Of a DNA stretch of 52,105 nucleotides, positions 1 through 9,447 are shown one piece after another. A model generated the notes under the pieces. It made no database searches, was not told the origin of the DNA, and saw nothing but the letters and a program-made list of their open reading frames with translations. Origin of the DNA: an uncultured Clostridia bacterium (GTDB taxonomy: Bacteria > Bacillota > Clostridia > TANB77 > CAG-508); contig CANPWI010000001.1 in assembly GCA_947584125.1 (NCBI GenBank), forward strand, positions 1 to 52,105. Reading direction: 5' to 3'. Within the stretch, counting starts at the first letter, position 1, and each line of letters begins with the position of its first letter. The position numbers and the translations under genes were made by a program.

Positions 1-58
1 AATATGTTGTAATTATATACTACTATTTTTTAAAATAAAAGCGAACAAAACAAATTTT

Positions 59-87
59 TTGACTTTATTTTTAAAGCGTGCTATAAT
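59..87 (+). promoter_or_regulatory. sigma-A type promoter (TTGACT - 17 nt - TATAAT)
   Basis: ttgact at 59-64, 17-nt spacer, tataat at 82-87. Lies ~50 nt upstream of ORF 140..1441 and its AAGGAAGG Shine-Dalgarno. Confidence 0.6.
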
Positions 88-139
88 TAAATATATTAGT
101 TTATAATTAATAAATATAATTTGAAATAAGCAAGGAAGG

Positions 140-1441
140 ATGAATTTTATTATGGATAAAAGTTTATATGAATTAATGAAAGAAATTTATGAGCAAAAAA
201 AGACTGAATTTAGCAAGGATATTAAACTTATTGGTACTCTTACTTCTGAAGAAACCTCTCCTAATGGCAAAGTTTTAGTTACAAATGATGTATTTTTAAT
301 AATTGATGAGATGCCTGATGGAACTACCTCTCAAAGGTTTGTTATTACTGGTCTTGATAAAGATGGTAAAATTTATCCTGCACAAGAAATTGCACAAGAT
401 GATATAAGTTTCCTTGCACAGTTCCAAAATATGAATAAAGTAGAAGTTGTTTCATTAAATGAATTTGATAAGCAGTTAGAAAAAGTAGCTAAAAAACTTG
501 GAATTAGCAAAGAAGAAGTTCGCTCTATGTCTGAGATTGATTTAGATAAAGCACTAGACGATAAAGGATTATCTAAAGATGATTTAGATAAAGACGAAAA
601 TGAAGGTCAAGAAGCTAATCAAGATGAAAAGGTTCCTGATCCAGAAGTCTTAAATAATATTGATGCAAAGCAAGAAATAAAAACAAACATTAAGGTTGAT
701 GATAAATATACTTTGGCAGATATTTTAGGTGTCCCTGCTGGTTCAAAATTACTTGTTGTTTACCCTACTAATATTCCAGACAGATCTAAATTACCATACA
801 CAACTAGCCTTATTTGTATGATTCAAAACCCTGATGGTTCTATTGAATATTCTGATGCATTAACACAAGTTGGTGGAAAGGATTCAGATAAAAATGTATA
901 CGAAGTTAATAGAGATGGTTCTAGAGTAGAAGAAAAATCTGTAAAATCTTCATTTGCTATAAAATCTAATATTGTAAAAAATGGTATTATAACTGCAAGA
1001 ATTGGTTCTATGGGATATATTGAAGTTGGCTTTGGATATATAGATAGAACTTCTAATAAGGATGTTGTTTCTGAAAGATTAGAAGATCAGCATACTCGTT
1101 ATACAACTTACGAGGTTCGCAAAGAATTTTCTCCAAGAGAGGGTGTTGATAATATTACTGATAAAATGGATGAAATAAAAGAACATCCAGAGATAAGTGA
1201 AGATGGAGTAACCTTAGCTGAGGCTGATGGAAATTTAGCAACTGGACATGAAGAAATTCTTGACCAAATTAAAGCTTATAATCCTGATATAGCAGATGTA
1301 TTTACAAATGATGAAATCATGGATCGTTATCATTCAATGTGTGAAAAGAATCCTGAATCTAGTAAGGAAGATTTAATAAGATATACACAAGAAGATTTGT
1401 CAGAGGATGCTGAGCATATGAAAGGTCCTATGGAGCATTAA
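140..1441 (+). CDS. hypothetical acidic protein (433 aa)
   Basis: Single uninterrupted + strand ORF, rich in D/E/K, with no motif I recognise. Has a promoter upstream and a hairpin terminator downstream. The start could instead be the ATG at 152. Confidence 0.7.
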   Translation: MNFIMDKSLYELMKEIYEQKKTEFSKDIKLIGTLTSEETSPNGKVLVTNDVFLIIDEMPDGTTSQRFVITGLDKDGKIYPAQEIAQDDISFLAQFQNMNKVEVVSLNEFDKQLEKVAKKLGISKEEVRSMSEIDLDKALDDKGLSKDDLDKDENEGQEANQDEKVPDPEVLNNIDAKQEIKTNIKVDDKYTLADILGVPAGSKLLVVYPTNIPDRSKLPYTTSLICMIQNPDGSIEYSDALTQVGGKDSDKNVYEVNRDGSRVEEKSVKSSFAIKSNIVKNGIITARIGSMGYIEVGFGYIDRTSNKDVVSERLEDQHTRYTTYEVRKEFSPREGVDNITDKMDEIKEHPEISEDGVTLAEADGNLATGHEEILDQIKAYNPDIADVFTNDEIMDRYHSMCEKNPESSKEDLIRYTQEDLSEDAEHMKGPMEH

Positions 1442-1487
1442 TTGTTAAATTTATAGAGAGGGTGTCCTATAATAGAAACCCGAAAGC

Positions 1488-1519
1488 AAAATTCCAGTGA
1501 AAAATCACTGGAATTTTTG
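1488..1519. terminator. bidirectional rho-independent terminator
   Basis: attccagtga (1491-1500) pairs with tcactggaat (1505-1514) around a 4-nt loop. An A-run lies upstream and a T-run downstream. Sits between convergent genes. Confidence 0.7.
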
Positions 1520-1534
1520 TGTATAAAATTTTTC

Positions 1535-1919
1535 TTATATCCTTACTGCAATGATTCCAAGCAAAAATCCTATTATATTTCCTAATGCTGACATTCTTCC
1601 TTTATATAAATCATTTGCTTCTGGAATTAGCTCTCCTGTTACAATGTATAGCATTGCCCCTGCTGCAAATGCTAAACATAATGATATTACGGTTGACGAA
1701 ACTGAGCCTATCAAACTTCCAAAAAATGCACCAACGCCAGTTGTGACCCCTGATAATATAACGTATAGTATTACTTTAAATGAGCTTATTCCTCCATTTT
1801 TCATTGGTACTGCCATTGATATCCCTTCTGGTATATCATGTATTGCTATTGCTATTGCAAGTGAATATCCGAAGTTTCATTGATGCTTCAAATCCTGCAC
1901 CTATGCTTAATCCTTCTGG
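1535..1919 (-). pseudogene. ZIP-family (ZupT-like) metal transporter, C-terminal half, separated from its N-terminal half by the ICE
   Basis: Reads PEGLSIGAGFEASMKL-G-YSLAIAIAIHDIPEGISMAVPMKNGG...IAVRI once the extra C at plus G1871 is skipped. Continues directly from ...ALHNLPEG at 44248. Contains the HD(I)PEG ZIP signature. Confidence 0.85.
1912..1919. repeat. attL core, CCTTCTGG (identical at attR)
   Basis: The same 8 bp occurs at 44248-44255. Joining the flanks across one copy restores an in-frame ZIP gene (...HNLPEGLSIGAG...). Confidence 0.75.
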
Positions 1920-1945
1920 TTGCGTTCAAATTAGAACGCATATTA

Positions 1946-3494
1946 TTAAATTTTATTCAACTCTTTAAAGTTGAATATTATATCTATTTGTTTATCTTGA
2001 TGAAGTCTTATCTTATTGATAATTACTCTCATTAGTTCTGGTGTTGGTTTTTTTAAACCTAAAAATTCTTTGACCACTTTTGTAATATTTTCGGTATTAT
2101 CTTCTTCTAGTTCGTGCTGATATTGTTTCATTTCGATATTTTCTTGTTCCTTTGCTTTTATTTCTTCCTTATATTTTCCTAATACTCTTTGATACATTTC
2201 TTCACTAATTTTATTATCTAGTTTATCCATATACATTGTATCCATTTTATTGTTTATTAGTTCTATTTCTTTTTCATTTTTTTCTATCATTTTTTTATAG
2301 TCATAAGCTGTTCTATTATTTTTAACATTTATTTCAATTTTTTTACTATCAATGTCTAAAAATAATTTTCTTAAATATTCTAATACTTTTTCTTCTATTT
2401 CATCATATCTAAAACCGTGACAAGTACAAAGATGTAATTTAGAGTTTCTTCGATAGTTATTGCATATTGTATTCATTGTTTTTCTTCTATTATCTAGTTT
2501 TATTCCTATTGTGTGTCCACATTCATAGCAAAACATTATGCCATCTAATAAAGTATAATTCTTTTTTTCGTTTCTATTATATTTCTGTACAATTTCCATT
2601 TTCTGTACTGCGTCAAATGTTTTTTTATCTATAATTGGTGTATGTGTATTTTCTACAATAAACCATTGTTCTTTTGGATTATCTCTCAATTTTCTGTTTT
2701 TATAACTTATTCTACTTCTCTTATTTTGAATTGTTACACCTGTATATACTTCTCTCCTTAATAATTTTTTTATAGTGCAATTATTCCAAAATGTTGCACG
2801 ATTATATCTTATTTGATCTGATGTTGGAATATTATTATCTTCAAGAAATTTTCTTATAGTTCCAACTGAATTACCTGCCACTGCCATATTAAAAATAGTC
2901 CTTACAATTTTTGCTTCATCTTCATCAATTATTAAATGATTTTTATCTTCTGGGTCTTGTATATATCCTAATGGTGTTCTTCCACCTACCCATTTTCCTT
3001 GACTTTGCATAGTATGCAAAGCACTTCTTATTTTCTTTGATAAATCTTTGGAATACATATCATTTAGAATGGACTTAAAAGGTGCAATATCATTATTTCC
3101 GTTATTATCATAAAAAGTATCTATTCCGTCATTTACTGAAACATATCGTATATTTTTTTCTGGAAACCATTTTTCAATATATTCTCCAGTTCCTATGTAA
3201 TCACGACCTAAACGAGATAAGTCCTTTGTAACTACCATATTTATTTTATCTTGTTCAATATCACTAATCATTCTTTGAAATTCTGGTCTATTAAAGTTTG
3301 TTCCAGTATATCCGTTGGTCTATATAAACATCTATAAGCTCATATCCTTCTCCCAAATTTTTTACATATTCTTCTAATAATATTCTTTGATTTTTTACAC
3401 TCTCGCTATCGTCATACCCCCTATCCATATCTTCTTTTGATAATCTTATATAAATTGCTACCTTAAAAATTACTTTTTTTATTTTTTCAAGCAT
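1946..3494 (-). CDS. large serine recombinase (~515 aa); needs +1 at CGG (plus G3314)
   Basis: N-terminus VAIYIRLSKED carries the catalytic Ser context. The join reads VYIDQ-G-YTGTNFNRPEFQRMISDIE...VTKDLSRLGRDY. Has a Cys-rich zinc-ribbon region and a coiled coil. GGAGG SD upstream. 1549 nt minus 1 equals 516 codons. Confidence 0.85.
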
Positions 3495-3609
3495 TTTGCC
3501 TCCTTTCTATGCTTGATAAAAATAATTTGAATTTATAATAGAATTATATTCTTGGCACATTTTTAAGTAAAATGTACAATTTATATTAAAATTCAATAAA
3601 ATTTATCTT

Positions 3610-3723
3610 TTAAGCATATACTACTTTCTTATCTAATAAACTACATAAATAATTAGCTAATAATTTTTCCACATCTTCTCCATCCTCACTAAAATACACA
3701 TTTATTTTAAAATCGTTTTCCAT
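3610..3723 (-). CDS. small hypothetical protein (37 aa)
   Basis: AAGGAGG SD 7 nt before the ATG. Sequence MENDFKINVYFSEDGEDVEKLLANYLCSLLDKKVVYA. Below the ORF-track size cutoff. Confidence 0.4.
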   Translation of the reverse strand: MENDFKINVYFSEDGEDVEKLLANYLCSLLDKKVVYA

Positions 3724-3776
3724 ACAAAACCTCCTTGTATAAACAATATATTAAGTAATTAAAAAAAAATACCCTT

Positions 3777-4190
3777 TTATTTATTGGTATTTTCTTTCAG
3801 CTCTGGAAAACTTTCTTCTAAAATATTTTCTGCTTCTTTTAATACATTTCTAGGATGGTGCGAATGTATTTCCTTTAAAAATTGTCTTACTATTTTTTCT
3901 GGTGTTATTTGTATTTCACTATTTAAAAGTGAATTAAAAACACAAACAGCGTAAGCCATAAAATCATTTGAATTTATAAGCCAATTAAAATTTATTCTAC
4001 TTAACAATTCTGTATCAATTCCACTTATTTCTGTACTATTCAAGTTTTCTTTAGCCACTTCTATTATATTTTTTAATATATCTCCAATTCCATTTTGTTT
4101 TATATTTTGTTCATATCTTTTATATCCTAAAACATAATAACTAACTGCCTCTCTAATATAATAAATTTTATTTTTCACATTTTTTCCCAT
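3777..4190 (-). CDS. hypothetical protein (137 aa)
   Basis: ORF with an AGGAGGAA SD. No recognisable motif. Confidence 0.6.
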   Translation of the reverse strand: MGKNVKNKIYYIREAVSYYVLGYKRYEQNIKQNGIGDILKNIIEVAKENLNSTEISGIDTELLSRINFNWLINSNDFMAYAVCVFNSLLNSEIQITPEKIVRQFLKEIHSHHPRNVLKEAENILEESFPELKENTNK

Positions 4191-4240
4191 TTCTCAAATT
4201 CCTCCTCTAAAAAAAGTCAAGTCATATTTTGACTTGCTCG

Positions 4241-4750
4241 CTATCTCTCTTTCTCTTTTCTATTTTGCTTTGATTTTTTAATTTTTTCGCCTATCATTTT
4301 TCTTTCTTCATTCTTCAGCATTTCCTTTACCTTTTTAGTTAATTCTTTTTCTATAATAGTTTCTCTAAAATATTCTGGATATCTTATTTCTAGTGCATTT
4401 ACAAAATATGGTGCATATCCACAACAAAATATATCACTAACATTGTAATTCTTCGAAACCTGTCCTTTTTCTACATCTCTTTCGCTATCGTAATTACAAC
4501 CATTAAATAAACTAAATGCCATTCTAGTAACCTTTACACTTGTACTTGTTTGGTATGGAGCATTTATTGAATCTATATTTATTTCTCTGTTCTCAATATC
4601 AAATATTTTATTAAAATTATTTCTCGTTGTTTCACATATTCCTAATGTATAAACTAATGCTTTATAGTAAGTTTCTGTTATTCCATATTCCTGTAATAAT
4701 AAAATTTTTTCCTTATAAAATAATTCGTGTTCTTTATCAATAAAATTCAT
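4241..4750 (-). CDS. hypothetical protein (169 aa), possibly DUF6075-like
   Basis: ORF starting 13 nt downstream of the MazF-like stop. Has a basic K/E-rich tail. The family assignment is from memory only. Confidence 0.55.
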   Translation of the reverse strand: MNFIDKEHELFYKEKILLLQEYGITETYYKALVYTLGICETTRNNFNKIFDIENREINIDSINAPYQTSTSVKVTRMAFSLFNGCNYDSERDVEKGQVSKNYNVSDIFCCGYAPYFVNALEIRYPEYFRETIIEKELTKKVKEMLKNEERKMIGEKIKKSKQNRKEKER

Positions 4751-4763
4751 AGCTGTTCCTTTC

Positions 4764-5111
4764 CTATAAATCTATTGCTATTTTAATAGCATTATTTACA
4801 ATTCCTATATATTTTTCTGGTAATATTTCTATACGATGTAACAATCTTTTTTTATCTATTACCTTTATTTGTTCTGCCATTATTGTTGCCTCGTATTTCA
4901 TCTTGCCAAATTTATTTATTCTTATATGAGTAGGAATAGCAAATTGGTCTTCTGCTCTTTTGGTTAATGGAATAATTATTGTTGTTGTACTATGTTTATT
5001 TCCTATATCATTTTGAATAATTAAAACTGGTCTTATTCCTCTTTCTTCACTTCCTACTGTTTGTCCTAAATCGGCAAGATATATTTCATTTCTTCTAATC
5101 CTATTTATCAT
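4764..5111 (-). CDS. PemK/MazF-family endoribonuclease toxin
   Basis: MINRIRRNEIYLADLG...GIRPVLIIQND...IIPLT... matches the MazF/PemK fold pattern. The preferred start is the ATG at 5111, behind a GGAGG SD. Confidence 0.8.
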   Translation of the reverse strand: MINRIRRNEIYLADLGQTVGSEERGIRPVLIIQNDIGNKHSTTTIIIPLTKRAEDQFAIPTHIRINKFGKMKYEATIMAEQIKVIDKKRLLHRIEILPEKYIGIVNNAIKIAIDL

Positions 5112-5265
5112 TATTTTGCCTCCTGCCATTATTTAATTGTTTCATTTGTTCTACATCTTCCATTTCTCTTTCTTCAATTGTTTTGCACTTACTTGATCCT
5201 AATAGCACTAAATACATAAAAACAGTAATTATAAATGTATCTATTATTAAGATTTTTAATATCAT
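5101..5265 (-). CDS. small membrane-anchored protein (54 aa), translationally coupled to the MazF-like gene
   Basis: GAAAGGAAG SD. Sequence MILKILIIDTFIITVFMYLVLLGSSKCKTIEEREMEDVEQMKQLNNGRRQNNDK. Its stop overlaps the mazF-like start by 11 nt. Confidence 0.5.
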   Translation of the reverse strand: MILKILIIDTFIITVFMYLVLLGSSKCKTIEEREMEDVEQMKQLNNGRRQNNDK

Positions 5266-5288
5266 TGTTATCTTCCTTTCTGTATGTT

Positions 5289-5352
5289 AAAAAAGAACTC
5301 TAAAATATTTTGGAAGTATATTGATATTGCATACTTTAGTTTTAGAGTTCTT
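5289..5352 (-). terminator. leader terminator/attenuator hairpin just upstream of the small-ORF/MazF operon
   Basis: 13-bp arms at 5293-5305 and 5340-5352 with an inner 6-bp stem. On the minus strand a U-run follows. Ends ~20 nt before the SD of ORF 5101..5265. Confidence 0.5.
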
Positions 5353-5399
5353 ATTTTTCATTTATTTTTATACCTTTTCCAAAATTCATTAGACAGATG

Positions 5400-5530
5400 T
5401 TTTGCATACATCTTCATAGGTGTATTCGGCATACCCCACCTGTACACAGGCTTGCCCTCAATGCGTGGGACGGTTTTTTCTCGCTCGTGCTATGACTAGA
5501 CAAAAGTTTCTTTCCTTTTACACTCATCTT
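5400..5530 (-). other. comparatively GC-rich non-coding core of the leader (candidate structured RNA)
   Basis: The segment ...ccgtcccacgcattgagggcaagcctgtgtacaggtggggtatgccgaatacacc... is much more GC-rich than its surroundings. Contains nested complementary runs (cccac/gtggg, ggtg/cacc). I see no convincing ORF. Confidence 0.3.
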
Positions 5531-5598
5531 CGCCTTATTAGTTGCAAGCTAATATTGAAGTAATATAAATATTACTAGCTCAAGTAATCAAAGGACTG

Positions 5599-5627
5599 TA
5601 TCTAACGAATTGTTATTCAATTTTCAA
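5599..5627 (-). promoter_or_regulatory. candidate promoter for the leader/MazF operon (TTGAAA - 17 nt - TAGATA)
   Basis: On the minus strand, ttgaaa is the reverse complement of 5622-5627 and tagata of 5599-5604, with a 17-nt spacer. Lies just downstream of the sigma-like gene terminator. Confidence 0.35.
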
Positions 5628-5649
5628 GGTGCTTTTTTTACTTTTTTAA

Positions 5650-5684
5650 GAAAAACAAGTAAGAGATTTTACCCTCTCACTTGT
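5650..5684 (-). terminator. rho-independent terminator after the sigma-like gene
   Basis: Arms at 5655-5665 and 5674-5684 (one G-U pair), 8-nt loop, and a U-run on the minus strand. Confidence 0.6.
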
Positions 5685-5718
5685 TTGTGCAGAAAATTGA
5701 ATTTTGTAAGGGTATATT

Positions 5719-6195
5719 TTATAATTTTTCAAAAAATTTTCTTAATTTTTTTATACCCCAGTCAATACTTTCTTTTATTGATTGTTTAGAACAACCCTCT
5801 ATTTTTGCTATTTCTTCCATAGATAATTGATAATCATAATATAACAAAATTCTTCGTCTTTGCTGTTTTGTCAGCTTGTCCATTGCTTTATATAACTTTT
5901 CATTATTGATTTTATTTATTACAATTTCATCAACATTTACTTGTTTTTCAAATGACCTTTTATTTAATGTCGTTTCTGTAACTACATTCAGCTCATTATG
6001 TCTTGCAATTTCTTGTATTTGTCTTGCGTCTTCTTTCTCAAATTCGTCAAGTTCATCAAATATATCTTTTGTTATATCAATACTAATCATTTCACTTTTA
6101 TTAGAGAATGTAACTTTATACACATTTTTTTCTTTTTCACTATGTAAAATATAAGGATTATATTTATCCCTAGTTCTTTTAGGTCTTTTATCCAC
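5719..6195 (-). CDS. sigma-70 region-4-like HTH protein (ICE regulator)
   Basis: C-terminus LTKQQRRRILLYYDYQLSMEEIAKIEGCSKQSIKESIDWGIKKLR matches a sigma region 4 HTH. Confidence 0.65.
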   Translation of the reverse strand: MDKRPKRTRDKYNPYILHSEKEKNVYKVTFSNKSEMISIDITKDIFDELDEFEKEDARQIQEIARHNELNVVTETTLNKRSFEKQVNVDEIVINKINNEKLYKAMDKLTKQQRRRILLYYDYQLSMEEIAKIEGCSKQSIKESIDWGIKKLRKFFEKL

Positions 6196-6544
6196 TTTAT
6201 TTCCTCCTATCGACTCATTTTTGAATCGATAGTTGGAGGAGCTCGTGAATAATATGAAATTATAATTTTTCTGTTTATAAAATCATAAAAGAGATTAAAT
6301 TTACTAAAATGAGTAGATTTAATCTCTTTTATAACTTCATACAAACATACTAGCGTTTTTAAGATACTAAATAACAACAACTCATTTTCCCTCAAAAATG
6401 CTTTCTAAACCATTGTTATTATTTTTTCGCTAGTATCTTATTTAATTTTTCCTATGAAAAAAGCACACAAAAAAATTGTATGCTTTCTTAATTTATATAT
6501 TTAACTTCTTTTTTATTTCTACAAATTTTACTCCATTTTTTCTT

Positions 6545-6583
6545 TTGTAGGACATTCCTACAAGAAAGCATTTTTTTTATAAT
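6545..6583 (+). promoter_or_regulatory. palindromic operator plus -10 box upstream of the XRE gene
   Basis: TTGTAGGA-cat-TCCTACAA at 6545-6563, tataat at 6578-6583. A second inverted repeat, agcatttt/aaaatgct, brackets the -10 box. Confidence 0.4.
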
Positions 6584-6632
6584 AAAATGCTATGTGTATA
6601 TTATTTTCAATAAGGAGGGAGTAATCTTAATT

Positions 6633-6890
6633 ATGCAATCAAAAAAATTTAATAACAAATCAAATATTATCGGACAAGCTGTAAGAAAATATAGAATGCA
6701 AAAAGGTTATACCCAAGAACAACTTTGTCAAAAATTAGATTTATTGGGTTTAAACTTATATCATTCCGATATTCATCTTATTGAAAATAACAAGCGTATT
6801 GTTAAAGATTACGAAGCCTTTGCATTAGCAAAAGTTTTGGGCATTACGCTAGACGAGATCTACATTGACGCAAATAAAGATTTTTCGTAA
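6633..6890 (+). CDS. XRE-family helix-turn-helix transcriptional regulator
   Basis: AAGGAGGG SD. IGQAVRKYRMQKGYTQEQLCQKLDL... is a typical Cro/C1 HTH. The track ORF start at 6594 lacks an SD. Confidence 0.8.
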   Translation: MQSKKFNNKSNIIGQAVRKYRMQKGYTQEQLCQKLDLLGLNLYHSDIHLIENNKRIVKDYEAFALAKVLGITLDEIYIDANKDFS

Positions 6891-6993
6891 TTTTCTAACA
6901 TTTTTCTTTTAAGTATTTTTATAATATTGCAAAAAAATGGAGTTTAAATAGAGTTAAGATATATTTTTGATGTAGTTTTAAATTTTAAGAATA

Positions 6994-7036
6994 AATAAAG
7001 GAGTATTGATTAAAATCTATCAATACTCCTTTATTT
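6994..7036. terminator. bidirectional terminator between convergent genes
   Basis: 14-bp arms aaaggagtattgat (6997-7010) and atcaatactccttt (7019-7032) with an 8-nt loop. Confidence 0.6.
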
Positions 7037-7050
7037 GAATGAAAAGGGGG

Positions 7051-7431
7051 TTATTTCATTTTATAGCCTACACCTCGAACAGTTTCTATAATATCATTTC
7101 CTAGCTTTTTTCTTATGTTTTTTATATGTGTATTCACTATTTTTTCATCTCCAAATTAATCATAATTCCAAATAGAATTTAATAAATTATCTCGTGTAAA
7201 TACTTTATTTGGACTTTCCATAAGTAATTTTAAAATTTCAAATTCTTTAATTGTTAATTCTACTTTTTTTCCGTTATTTAATAGTTCATAATTTTCTACA
7301 TCTAATACTAAATTTTTATATTTCAACTTCGTCTGTTTGTTTATATTTTTTACTATACTTATTTCTTCTGAAAATTCTTCCAATATTTTATTTGCTATAT
7401 TTTCATCCTCTATTATTAAAATCTTTTTCAT
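7051..7431 (-). pseudogene. remnant OmpR-family response regulator (receiver domain deleted, in-frame TAA)
   Basis: MKKILIIEDE... runs after ~25 aa straight into the winged-helix domain. There is an in-frame taa (7156-7158) where the family has an aromatic residue, in ...SIWNYD*FGDEKIVNTHIKNIRKKLG...VRGVGYKMK. Confidence 0.7.
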
Positions 7432-7506
7432 TTTTTTTCTCCAAAAATTATTTTTGATTTTATTATCATTTTCAAAATAATATAATTATATATCGCTAAA
7501 ATACAA

Positions 7507-9445
7507 TTAGTATAATGTGTCATCTTTGAGCATTTCTACTATGTTACCTTTTAATATTTTTCTTCCTCCCATATAATAAGCTATACTGACAACTACTAAA
7601 ATAAAGCCAGTAAATATTCCTATTTCCATCATAGGCATATTTGCGAAAAATTCATTTAATGATATGTTCGCTTGTTTTAGCGATAATAAGACAATTGGTA
7701 CATTTATAATAATACTTATTATAATTGGTTTTAAACTTATTATTAAATCTTCATACACTAAAATCTTTTTTAATCCATTTTTCGACAAACCAATTGATAT
7801 ATATCTTGCAAATTCTCTTTTTCTTTGAATTACTTGACTTAATGTGTTTGAAAATACATTCGCAAGTCCTATACACGCAAGAAGTCCTGCAAGTATTTCT
7901 ATAACATTTTTCATTCCCTGTCTCATTTTTGTATCGGATATTTCCTCTTGTACTCTATTTTGTATCATCTCATAATTTGGTACTATTTCTTCTACTTTTT
8001 CTTGTATATCAAATATTTCTTCTTCATTGTTAACTCTTACATTAAAATAGTTTTCTATATTTATAATACTACTATCAATTTTTTGAGCATAATCTTCACT
8101 CATTATCAAAACTAATTCACAATCCCACCTATTATATTCTTCTTTTAAAGTTGGTAAATCTTGTACATAATTTTGTATAACAACATTAGTAATTCCGATT
8201 TTTTAATTCTTTATCTTTAAATAGTTCTAAGCTAAGATTATTTTGCTCTGAAACATATTTTTTATATTCCCCATCTAAACTTTTATCACTACTATAATAA
8301 ATTTTATTGATTGCGATACATTGATTAAGTATTTCTGAATTGTTATTATTATTTTTTATGCTATTGTAATATTGAGTAAAACTCTCATTATCTAATGCTA
8401 TAATAGGAACACCTATTGTATATTTGCCATTTTCATTTTTGTGTAAATTATCACTAATTACTTGTAATCCACCTAATTTTTTTACTTCATCACTAATTAA
8501 ACTTTCATCTATTTCTGTATAAAATGAGTATTTTTTATAGCTCATACAACTTTTAATGCCATCAGTATGTCTTAATTTGTTTATTTGTTCTGCTCTATTT
8601 TTGTCATCTTCTTTTACAAGTAGCATAATATCCCATTTATCTCTATATCTTTCAAAAAAAGTATTTTTAGTTGAAAGCATTGATATAGTTTCAAGGTTAA
8701 GGAAACTAATTAAAGCTAAAGCCGAAAAAATAAACGATAATGATGCTGTACGAAAACTTTTTTTTCTAGCGTATATTGATTTTCGTGCAATTTCTCCCTC
8801 TATTCCAAAAATTTTTGAAAATAAATGGAACTTTTTTATTTTTTTATTCTTATTTTTTTCTCTATAAAATATTGTTTCTAATGTTGATATTTTGCTAATC
8901 TTTCTTGCAGGAATACTAGCTGAAATCCATACTGTTATAAAAGATATTAAAAAAGAAGCAAAATACGCAAGAAAACTATATCTTATTATTATATCGCTTT
9001 CTCTTGATAGTTCGGTTGAGTAAATTATGATTTGCATAACTAAATATGTTCCTAATATTCCTAAAAGTGTTCCTACTATAATAGGTATTATACTTAAAAG
9101 TATTACTTCTCCTATTAAAATAGACTTTATTTGTTTTGGTGTTGCACCCACGCTTTTTAAGATTCCTAACTGATGTAATCTTGAACTCATAGATGATGAA
9201 AAAACATTATGTATCATCAAAATTATGGAAAAACTAGCAAAAAAAATCACACAAATATATGTAATAATTGCTAATGTACTTTGACTCGTTCCTCTTGCTA
9301 TTTCGTCAGCATATAAATTATAAAATATGCCTGACAATACTGATAATAACAAAGCTGAAAGGGTAGAAATTGCTAGTATAGAAATACTAGAACTTTTATT
9401 ATGTTTTATATGACTTATCAAATATTCTTTTAACATTTTTTCCAC
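7507..9445 (-). CDS. BceB-like FtsX-family ABC permease (~645 aa); needs +1 at CGG (plus G8197)
   Basis: Multiple TM segments flank a large hydrophilic loop. The join reads ...ELKN-G-ITNVVIQNYVQDLPTLKEEYNRWDCELVLIMSEDY. 1939 nt minus 1 equals 646 codons. Confidence 0.75.
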
Positions 9446-9447
9446 CT

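Noticed and set aside
5284-5499. 71-aa plus-strand ORF in the leader region, and the 62-aa ORF at 6207..6395.
   Set aside because: Neither has an SD, and both give an implausible hydrophobic, low-complexity product. They lie in regions better explained as regulatory or structured RNA.
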